Source of the DNA: Octopus sinensis
Lineage: Eukaryota
NCBI RefSeq assembly: GCF_006345805.1
Contig: NC_043025.1
Coordinates: 12,710,001-12,774,000, forward strand
Direction: 5' to 3'
DNA: 64,000 nucleotides
Below, piece after piece: positions 51,789 through 62,321 of this stretch. Each line of letters starts with the position of its first letter. Within the stretch, counting starts at the first letter, position 1. The position numbers and the translations under genes are program-made. The notes beneath the pieces were generated by a model. The model saw nothing but the letters and a program-made list of their open reading frames with translations, was not told the origin of the DNA and did not search any database.

Positions 51789-52659
51789 ATATGTGTTTGT
51801 GTGTCTGTGTCTGTCCCCCTAGCATTGCTTGACAATCGATGCTGGTGTGTTTACGTCCCCGTTACTTAGCGGTTCGGCAAAAGAGACCGATGGAATAAGT
51901 ACTGGGCTTACAAAGAATAAGTCCCGGGGTCGATCTGCTCGACTAAAGGCGGTGCTCCAGCATGGCCGCAGTCAAATGACTGAAACAAGTGAAAGAGAGA
52001 AAAAAAGAGAAAGATAGGTATCCTTTATATTTGAAGTCTACGCTGTCATCTGATGAGAACGGTTTCTATCAAATGATGCAATATCTTCATTAATCAATTA
52101 AAAGAATTGCTTTATAACTCGACAAAACCAAATCCCTTCACTTCGGGTATTTCCGTGGAAGCAAATGACAGTTCGATTCCTGTTTTCTGCTTGGAAATTC
52201 GTGGATTTTATACATCCACACATGAAACAGATAAGAACAAATATGCAAGGCTTTCTTTTTATTCAAGTTTAAAATGAGACATTGCTGGCATAATTTCGTC
52301 ATATCTATACAACCCCACAAACCCACGGAAACACCCGAAGTGAAATGTTTTGGTTTTGTCGAGTTATATCGAAGGAATGCCCATACATTATATAAAACAC
52401 ACATTTACACATCCATGCGTATATGAATTCTAAAGGGACGGGGTTTAACCAAAGAGATCGTGGCTGTTATTTAATCAAAGACCAAGCCAAGCCTGTCCTA
52501 GCAACATGGAACCGTCAAAGACTTCCCCAGCGCCAGGACAATCCCATCTTTATTTCAGATATTGCTTGTTTTTCCCTTTCCTATTTAAATTTTGGTTTTT
52601 TTTTAAATACATGCAAGGGTACACCTTCAGAATTTGAAAAAGATTTGACTGCTATTTCG

Positions 52660-52856
52660 GTTAATTCGTAACGAAGGATCGCCGTTTGTCGTTATGAATG
52701 GTCGGGGTTTTTGTTGTTTTTTGATTAATTTTGTGAGATTAATTATTTTTAATTTCTCGATACATGAAAGATTACAGAATGGTGAAAGAAATGTGGAGGC
52801 AGTAAAAGTTTTGAAAAATATCCGACTTACGAGATTATCCTACGGGTACGGCCGAG
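52660..52856 (+). promoter_or_regulatory. Candidate first (non-coding) exon of the zinc-finger gene
   Basis: Unique CpG-containing stretch ending in a strong donor gag|gtatgt at 52856/52857, followed by T-rich intron-like sequence. Inference only. Confidence 0.3.
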
Positions 52857-53134
52857 GTATGTTTGTGTATTTTTCGTGTTAGTTTAATGGACGAAGAGTG
52901 ACGGATGATGAACTCGGGTGGTTTCGGTATGTGATACTTTTTTTTTTTCGTGAGACTGAAGGTGAAGAATGACCAGTTGTGGTCAAGTTAAGTTAGTAGG
53001 GTTTACATGGTCGTATTACTTTGACCTTTTTAAGTAGAGTGAAAGGGAAAATATTATTATGGCAGACGATATACGATGTGCTGCGTAGCGAGCCTCTTTG
53101 CTACTACTACTGGCACGCAGCGACGAATGGGCAT

Positions 53135-54175
53135 GCAGGCAGTCAGCCATACAGACTGAAGTGTTTGAGAGAGGAGGGAGAGAGGCATGAGGAGAGGTGG
53201 GAAGATACATAGATAGATAGATATGGAAACGAAGGGAGGAGAAAGGAGCGAAAAGGACAAATGGGTTTTAAAGAGAGAGAAAAAATGGTGTGGGAGGAGG
53301 AGAGGTAGAAAGAGAGATAGATATAGAAACCAAGGAGGAGGAAGGAGCGGAAAGGACAAATAGATTTTAAAGAGAGAGGAAAAATGGTGTGGGAGGAGGC
53401 TACGAACGGTCATCCAGTCAGCCATACAGACTGACGTGTTTGAGAGAGGAGGAAGAACGGGATGAGGAGAGGTAGAAAGAGAGATAGATATGGAAACCAA
53501 GGGAGGAGGAAAGAGGAAAAAGAACAACTAAATTTTAAAGAGAGAGAAAAAATGGGATGGGAGGAGGAGGAGGCTACAAACGGGCAGCCAGTCAGCCATA
53601 CAGACTAACATGTTTGAGAGAGGAGGGAGAACGGGATGAGGAGAGGTAGAAAGAGAGATAGATATAGAAACCAAGGAGGAGGAAGGAGCGAAAAGGACAA
53701 ATAGATTTTAGAGAGAGAGGATATTAGACTTATTGTAAGAGAGAAAAAATGGTGTAGGAGGAGGAAGAGGAGAAAAGGGGAGGCTACTAACGGGCAGCAG
53801 TCAGCGATACCGATTTGAGTATTAGAGAGAGGAGGGAGGAATGACGAGAAAACAAAAGGATACATAGGGAAACGAAGGGAGGAGGAAAAAGAGAAAGTGA
53901 CAAATATAATTCAAAGAGAGAGAGAGGAGATGAGTGTTGGCAGAAATGAGAACGAAAGAGGAAGAGGAGGAGGAGGAGAGAAATGGGTAAGACAACGATT
54001 CAGATGACGTTGTAAAGAGAGGGAAGAAAAGCGAGGGGGAAAGGGAGAGTAACCAACAAATACGTTTTGTATAGAAAGGGGAGGAGAGAAGATACGGCAA
54101 AAGGGAAAAACAAAGAAAGCATGAGAGGTGGAGGAAGAAGAAGGGGAGAAGACCAAATGAGGAAGGATGAGGGAG
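53135..54175 (+). repeat. Purine-rich (GA) region with 3-4 degenerate ~180-270-bp tandem units
   Basis: cagtcagccatacagact..tttgagagagga recurs near 53140, 53415 and 53590, degenerate near 53800. Confidence 0.8.
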
Positions 54176-55289
54176 ATTTTTCGATTTGGCGCCATCGTTT
54201 ATCTCTCTGCAGTGAAGATGTTAGCGCGGGATGTCAACCTTTTTGGGTTTTTACATCCGCTTGAAACAAAATATAAGGGCGATCTTTCGTCTCTAGTAGA
54301 CCTTTCCGTCGATTTCCGTAAAAAATTTTTTTTTGTTACATATGGGCTTGCGGGAACTTTTGAAGTAATATACATACATATACACACACATACATACATA
54401 TACACATACACCGAGTAAAAAATTCCAGTTATCTCTTTCTTTCACACACTACTCTGTCTCTTCACACACACTAACAGAAGCACTTCACTTACACAACATA
54501 CTGTCTGTCTCCCACACCCCATCAAACACACACACACACACACATGTACATCAATGCTTGCCATGCACGGTAACTTCAAAAGAACTTCCCTCGTCATACA
54601 ATCGCTTTCTCTTAGTCTCTTTCGCTCTCATTACTTCAAAAGTTCCCGCAAGCCCATATGTAAAAAAAAAAAAATTTTTTACGGAAATCGACGGAAAGGT
54701 CTACTAGAGAGGAAAGATCGCCGAAAACTTTAAAACTTCGTATACTCGTAGAATGTGTCAAAATAAAACATTTGTAGAAAATTTCTTTAAAAAGCATCAA
54801 CTTTCCCGAATGTTACAAGACAACACAGTAACAAAGCAACAAAATAGTTGGGGGCCCTATTGTGTAGTTATGCCTAAATTCATAATAATACTCTACTCTT
54901 TTACTTGTTTCAGTCATTTGACTGCGGCCATGCTGGAGCACCGCCTTTAGTCGAGCAAATCGACCCCGGGACTTATTCTTTGTAAGCCCAGTACTTATTC
55001 TATCGGTCTCTCTTTTGCCGAACTGCTAAGTAACGGAGACGTAAACACACCAGCATCGGTTGTCAAACAATGCTAGGGGGACAAACACAGACACACATAC
55101 GTACATATATATATATACATATATACGACAGGCTTCTTTCAGTTTCCGTCTACCAAATCCACTCACAAGGCATTGGTCGGCCCGAGGCTATAGCAGAAGA
55201 CACTTGCCCAAGATGCCACGCAGTGGGACTGAACCGGGAACCATGTGGTTGGTTAGCAAGCTACTTACCACACAGCCACTCCTGCGCCT

Positions 55290-57600
55290 AATAATAATGA
55301 AATTATTGTATACAGTGCTCAGGTGCCCCCCAACTTGTCCAAAGTGCGTATAAAGCATCTGCAGTGATGTAGAAATGTCTGGGAAGTGAACTCTCCTACC
55401 CTGATACATGCTTGCTTGTGTGTATGGAGGGGAGGAGAAGATCAGGTGTAGTGTTGGTGAATCTCAGAAAGCATGGAAGTTTTGAAGGATGCAGTGCTCC
55501 GACAACTAACAACTGATGCCAGCAGTTTGTTCCATGCTTCAGCGTGTGTATGGAGGGGAGAAGATCAGGTGTAGTGTTGGCGAATATCAGGAAGCATGGA
55601 AGTTTTGAAGGATGCAGTGCTCCGACAACTAACAACTGATGCCAGCAGTTTGTTCCATGCTTCAGCGTGTGTATGGAGGGGAGAAGATCAGGTGTAGTGT
55701 TGGCGAATCTCAGGAAGCATGGAAGTTTTGAAGGATGCAGTGCTCCGACAACTAACAACCGATGCCGGCAGTTTGTTCCATGCTTCAGCGTGTGTATGGA
55801 GGGGAGAAGATCAGGTGTAGTGTTGGCGAATATCAGGAAGCATGGAAGTTTTGAAGGATGCAGTGCTCCGACAACTAACAACTGATGCCAGCAGTTTGTT
55901 CCATGCTTCAGCGTGTGTATGGAGGGGAGAAGATCAGGTGTAGTGTTGGCGAATCTCAGGAAGCATGGAAGTTTTGAAGGATGCAGTGCTCCGACAACTA
56001 ACAACCGATGCCGGCAGTTTGTTCCATGCTTCAGCGTGTGTATGGAGGGGAGAAGATCAGGTGTAGTGTTGGTGAATCTCAGAAAGCATGGAAGTTTTGA
56101 AGGATGCAGTGCTCCGACAACTAACAACTGATGCCAGCAGTTTGTTCCATGCTTCAGCGTGTGTATGGAGGGGAGAAGATCAGGTGTAGTGTTGGTGAAT
56201 CTCAGAAAGCATGGAAGTTTTGAAGGATGCAGTGCTCCGACAACTAACAACTGATGCCAGCAGTTTGTTCCATGCTTCAGCGTGTGTATGGAGGGGAGAA
56301 GATCAGGTGTAGTGTTGGCGAATCTCAGGAAGCATGGAAGTTTTGAAGGATGCAGTGCTCCGACAACTAACAACTGATGCCAGCAGTTTGTTCCATGCTT
56401 CAGCGTGTGTATGGAGGGGAGGAGATCAGGTGTAGTGTTGGTGAATCTCAGAAAGCATGGAAGTTTTGAAGGATGCAGTGCTCCGACAACTAACAACTGA
56501 TGCCAGCAGTTTGTTCCATGCTTCAGCGTGTGTATGGAGGGGAGAAAATCAGGTGTAGTGTTGGTGAATCTCAGAAAGCATGGAAGTTTTGAAGGATGCA
56601 GTGCTCCGACAACTAACAACTGATGCCGGCAGTTTGTTCCATGCTTCAGCGTGTGTATGGAGGGGAGAAGATCAGGTGTAGTGTTGGTGAATCTCAGAAA
56701 GCATGGAAGTTTTGAAGGATGCAGTGCTCCGACAACTAACAACTGATGCCGGCAGTCTGTTCCATGCTTCAGCGTGTGTATGGAGGGGAGAAGATCAGGT
56801 GTAGTGTTGGTGAATCTCAGAAAGCATGGAAGTTTTGAAGGATGCAGTGCTCCGACAACTAACAACTGATGCCGGCAGTTTGTTCCATGCTTCAGCGTGT
56901 GTATGGAGGGGAGAAGATCAGGTGTAGTGTTGGTGAATCTCAGAAAGCATGGAAGTTTTGAAGGATGCAGTGCTCCGACAACTAACAACTGATGCCGGCA
57001 GTTTGTTCATGCTTCAGCGTGTGTATGGAGGGGAGAAGATCAGTGTAGTGTTGGTGAATCTCAGAAAGCATGGAAGTTTTGAAGGATGCAGTGCTCGAAA
57101 AACAACTGATGCCGGCAGTTGTTCCATGCTTCAGCGTGTGTATGGAGGGGAGAAGATCAGGTGTAGTGTTGGTGAATCTCAGAAAGCATGGAAGTTTTGA
57201 AGGATGCAGTGCTCCGACAACTAACAACTGATGCCAGCAGTTTGTTCCATGCTTCAGCGTGTGTATGGAGGGGAGAAGATCAGGTGTAGTGTTGGCGAAT
57301 CTCAGGAAGCATGGAAGTTTTCAAGGATGCAGTGCTCCGACAACCAACAACTGATGCCGGCAGTTTGTTCCATGCTTCAGCAATTCTCAGCGTGAAAAAA
57401 TGTTTCCTAAAGTCATGGAAGGAGCTGTGCTGTATTCTGACTTTTTAAATATGTCCACGGGTGTTAGACTGGTGGAGTTTGAAAAGGTGCTCAGAGTTAT
57501 TGTTTGTAAGATGGTTAATAATTTTATGGGTGTCTGCCAAGTCAGCTGCCAGACGTCGGAGTTTCAATGTGTCCATATAAGCAGTGGCATGGCGAGGTGG
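55290..57600 (-). mobile_element. CR1 LINE 3' fragment containing the 123-bp array
   Basis: 57600-57385 reads MDTLKLRRLAADLADTHKIINHL..SNTRGH..FFTLRIAE. The 3' UTR and (att)n tail resume at 55417-55290. Confidence 0.9.
55418..57381 (-). repeat. 123-bp satellite-like array, about 16 units
   Basis: Unit gtgtgtatggaggggagaagatcagg..ttccatgcttcagc; 41-codon periodicity in the ORF track. Confidence 0.97.
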
Positions 57601-57894
57601 TCCACAGTTAACTTCCAAACCACATGGTTCCGGGTTCAGTCCCGCTGAGTGGCGGTACTACTAGCGAAGACTGGACCCGGTGCGCGCACACGCACGTGTG
57701 CCCTAGCTAGTCGTAAGTAGTCGATCATACAATATATAGTACCTATATATTTATATTGGCATAATGATTTTCCCAGACACAACAAAATATATGTTTGTGT
57801 CTATATTTGTCCCACGCCACTGCTAGACAACCGGTGTTGGTGTGTTTACGTCCCCGTAACTTAGTTATTTGACGAAAGAGGCTAATCGAATAAG

Positions 57895-58545
57895 GCGGCG
57901 AGCTGGCAGAATCGTTAGCACGCCGGGCGAAAAGCGTTGCCGTATTTCGTCTGCCGTTATGTTCTGAGTTCAAATTCCGCCGAGGTCGACTTTGCCTTTC
58001 ATCCTTTCGGGGTCGATAAATAAAGTACCAGTTACGCACTGGGGTCGATATAATCGACTTAATACCTGTGTCTGTCCTTTCTGTGTTTAGCCCCTTGTGG
58101 GTAGTAAAGAAATAGGTATTTCGTCTGCCGTTACGTTCTGAGTTTAAATTCCGCCGAGGTCGACTTTGCCTTTCATCCTTTCGGGGGTCGATAAATTAAG
58201 TACCAGTTACGCACTGGGGTCGATGTAATCGACTTAATACCTATGTCTGTCCTTGTTTGTCCCCTCTGTGTTTAGCCCCTTGTGGGTAGTAAAGAAATAG
58301 GTATTTCGTCTGCCGTTACGTTCTGAGTTTAAATTCCGCCGAGGTCGACTTTGCCTTTCATCCTTTCGGGGGTCGATAAATTAAGTACCAGTTACGCACT
58401 GGGGTCGATGTAATCGACTTAATACCTATGTCTGTCCTTGTTTGTCCCCTCTGTGTTTAGCCCCTTGTGGGTAGTAAAGAAATAGGTATTTCGTCTGCCG
58501 TTACGTTCTGAGTTCAAATTCCGCCGAGGTCCACTTTGCCTTTCA
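57895..58545 (+). mobile_element. SINE family B with tandemly repeated body (~185 bp x 3.5)
   Basis: One head ggcggcgagctggcagaatcgttagc, then near-identical repeats. Confidence 0.9.
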
Positions 58546-58952
58546 CCCTTCCCCCACCCCTAACCCTAACCCTAAAAACAGATTGAAATGCAATAGATCG
58601 ATACAAGACACATACACACACACACGTGCTCGAATCCAAAGGGCAATAACTCTTGCAAATTAGTTTTCTTCTCTTTGTGGCTTGCCGTTACACCGTAGCC
58701 ACTCTCGTTCGTTCGGAGTACAATTTGTAAGAATGGCTCCAAGATGGTCGTGTTTACAAAATGTGACCATCACCAATGTCAATATTCTTCGCTATTTGGT
58801 CCCTTCCGATCACTTCACCGGCTAGAATTCGCCTCACTCCTCACAGACGGACAGATCTACCCCTTAAGCTATACAGGTTGTTTTAGTTTATTTACTAAAT
58901 CTATATATTTGTCTCTTTGTTTATCTGTCTTTGTTGTTTGTATACGATAACT

Positions 58953-58995
<43 letters not shown>

Positions 58996-60139
58996 CCACA
59001 CCTGTGTTTGTAAATATATACATTCAAGTTATTTACATAGGGAAGCTGTTCAGCTAACATGAGATCTTTAACATGATGCTCAAAGTAATGTTAGTAACAA
59101 CAAAATCTCGCTTTAAACAAACAACACCAGCTTAAAAACGTTGCATCATGTAGTGCAACATATTCCTATAAAGACGGGATAGTCATGGCCGGAATGCCTT
59201 AATCTACACAGACAGGTTAACTTGGGGGTTAAACCACAACTACACTCACGCACAGATTGTATGTACGTTCAGATATATATATATAAAGTAAATGCACCCT
59301 TTTAAAGCCTAGCTAGGCTCATGGACCCCGTTTCCCGGTTTCTATGGCGTATGTGTTCCCCAGCTGGACGGGATGCCAGTCCATCGCAGCTTTACTCATT
59401 TTTGTCAGCTGAGTGGATTGGAGCAATGGGAAAATGAAGTGTTTTGCTCAAGAACACAACACGTCACCCGGTCCAGGAAATCGAAACCACAATCTTACGA
59501 TCATGATGCTGACACTCTAACTACTAAGCCACGCGCCTCCATATATATGTATATATATGTGTGTGTATGTATATAGTCTTTGAGCCATGAAGGAAGCCTG
59601 GTTGATAAAAAAAACATTAAATATAGCAGCCAAAATCCCTCCGAAGACACATGTGGAAAAACATGGTGTATACAGGGGTATTTGAACTTTAGACGGGCTG
59701 TGATTGATGCAATGAAGAGAGACGACGAATCACAGCTTTCTGTTTTGTAATCAGGCCTGTGTAACAGGAACAATCTTTATTTTTTTTAAATCTAAAGTGT
59801 TACTGCTTGACCCTTTAGCATTTAAACTGACCATATCTGGCTAAAAGTATTCTGCCTGTTTTATGGTCAAACTGGCCAGATCTGGTCTCTCACACCAACC
59901 CTACAATATCGTTTTAAAAATTAACAGCTACCTCATCGAAATCTCATAGCTACAAGATAATGCCTGATTAGTTCAAGGCAATGTGGATGAAAAAGGATTA
60001 ACTTTGGTAGAATAATGCAAACACTGAAGGGTTAACAGTCGTCTTTGTTATTAATACACTACTGTAATGGGTGGGTTGTTAACAGTACAGGAAGGGTTTT
60101 AAAAGTCCAAATACACGTTAAATAAATACTGTAAATATG

Positions 60140-60216
60140 GTGTCCCGACTTCGCGGAAATTCAGTTATCGCGGCCGGCCTCGGAACCAATCTACCGCGAT
60201 AAACGAGGGATCACTG
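60140..60216 (-). mobile_element. Tigger-like TIR fragment
   Basis: Reverse of TA|cagtgatccctcgtttatcgcgg. Confidence 0.55.
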
Positions 60217-60234
60217 TATTCATCTAAATTTATC

Positions 60235-60267
<33 letters not shown>

Positions 60268-61014
60268 ATTTGTAAAAAAATACAAACTGGGACAAGAACG
60301 CAAAACATTTAGAAGACGATACAAAAACACGGACGGGACATTCGAAGCCTTCAATCTTCAGTCAAGAACTGGATCATCATCATCATCATCATCATCGTTT
60401 AACGTCCGCTTTCCATGCTAGCATGGGTTGGACGGTTTGGCCGAGGATCTGGGAAGCCAGAAGGCTGCACCAGGCTCCTGTCTTATCTGGCAATGTTTCT
60501 ACAGCTGGATGCCCTTCCTAATGCCAACCACTCCGTGAGTGTAGTGGCTGCTTTTTACGTGCCACCGGATCATCCTCGCAATTTCGGCAGATATATACAG
60601 GTGTTGCTGTGTGATAAGAATAAGTGCAGGCGTCGCTGTGTAGTAAGAAGCTTGCAGTCCCACTGCGTGGCACCTTCGGCAAGTGTCATCTACTATAGCC
60701 TCGGGCTAACCAAAGCCTTGTGAGTGGATTTGGTAGACGGAAACTGAAAGAAGCCTGTCGTATATATGTATACATATATATATCTATGTGTTTGTGTCTG
60801 TGTTTGCCCCCCATCATTTGACAACCAGTGTTGGTGTGTTTATGTCTCTGTAACTTAGCGGTTTGGCAAAAGAGACCAATACAATAAGTACTAGGCTTAC
60901 AAGGAATAAGCCCTAGCGGGTCAATTTGTTTGGTGAAAACTACCCTTAAGTGGGTGCTCCAGCATTGCTGCAGCCAAAACTGAAACAAGTGAAAGAATAT
61001 ATATATATATATGG

Positions 61015-61278
61015 TGGAGGCACAATGGCCCAGTGGTTAGGGCAGTGGACTCGCGGTTTCGATTCCCAGACCGGGCGTTGTGAGTGTTTATTGAGCAAAA
61101 ACACCTAAAAGCTCCACGAGGCTCCGGCAGGGGGTGGTGATCCCTGCTGTACTCTTTCACCACTCTTTCCTCTGCTCGCTTAGCCAGCGGGGTGACGTCA
61201 TTTGAAGGCTAAAAAGCAATGTGAACGCATTGTGACCAGCGATGTGTAACAACATCTGATGGTCTGGTCGGTCACATG

Positions 61279-61280
<2 letters not shown>
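61015..61280 (+). mobile_element. tRNA-derived SINE family D
   Basis: Head tggcccagtggttag..ggtttcgattccc; same body in reverse at 29.05-29.25 and 33.7-33.9 kb. Confidence 0.8.
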
Positions 61281-61312
<32 letters not shown>

Positions 61313-61434
61313 ATTTATAACAATAACAAAACAGTCATGATTTGAATATATGTTTTTTAATGTTTGTTTTATGTTTTCTTGGCGTCTAGGTGTTTTTTGG
61401 CCCAGTCGAAGTCCGGTTGTCAGCACAAGCTACT

Positions 61435-62165
61435 GAGACACCACTCAAATTCCTGAAATGCTACTCAAACTTCTGGAGTATCAGTCAAACTTCTGAGACA
61501 TTGCTCAAACTTTGGAGTACTACTCAAATTCCTGGAACCCCATTCAGGTTCCTGGCACATCATACCAACTTTTGAAGCACTCCTTAAAAGCCTCTTGGAG
61601 TACCACTCAAATTCTTTGAACAAAGTACAAACTCCTGATACATTACTCAAATTCCTGAAGCGCCACTCCGATTTTGGAACACCACTCAACCCAACAAAAG
61701 CTCTTGAATGCCACTCAACTCCTAGAGTGCTGCTCAAATTCCTGGAACACTACTCAAATATCTGACTCATTACACAATTTCTTGAAGCTCCACTGAAACT
61801 CTTGGAACATCACTCAAACATCTGGAGCACCACTCAAGTCTTGACACACCAGTCAAATGTATGGAGCACCACTCAAACATCTGGAGCACCACTCGAGTCT
61901 TGACACACCACTCAAACATCTGGAGCACCACTCAAGTCTTGGCACACCACTCAAATTCTTGGAAGACAACACAAATTCTTGGAGCAACACTCAAAAACTG
62001 GGTACCCCATTCAAACATCTGAAGCACCACTCAAATTTTGGAAAGATAATACAAACTCCTGGAGCGCCACTCAAACCTTTGGCAAACCACTTCAAACTCC
62101 AGGAATGCTACTCCTCAAATTCCTGGGTCATCACTTAAACTTCTGGAGTGTCACTCAAACTAATC
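61435..62165 (+). repeat. Highly diverged ~20-bp minisatellite (core CACTCAAA, roughly 35 units)
   Basis: Core recurs at about 61443, 61463, 61482, 61503, 61521 ... 61604, 61644; consensus about cactcaaa(c/t)ttctggag(c/t)ac. Confidence 0.8.
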
Positions 62166-62321
62166 TTAGTGAACACGTTTCTGAAGAACAGTAAAGGGGT
62201 TGAAGTGAACCCCTCACCAATTCAACTACACAACACTACTGCCACACAACGCTATCTCACAACACACCATCGACATCGCGTAAACGCAGCACCACATCAC
62301 ATCGCATCACAGCGTCGCTAC

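Noticed and set aside
55396-56988. 530-aa repeat protein as a real gene
   Set aside because: Non-native frame of a CR1-derived 123-bp array; it is open only because the unit length is a multiple of three. No start context or splice support.
58557-58575. (CCCTAA)n as an interstitial telomere (also about 5542)
   Set aside because: Only 2-3 units and apparently part of a dispersed repeat motif.
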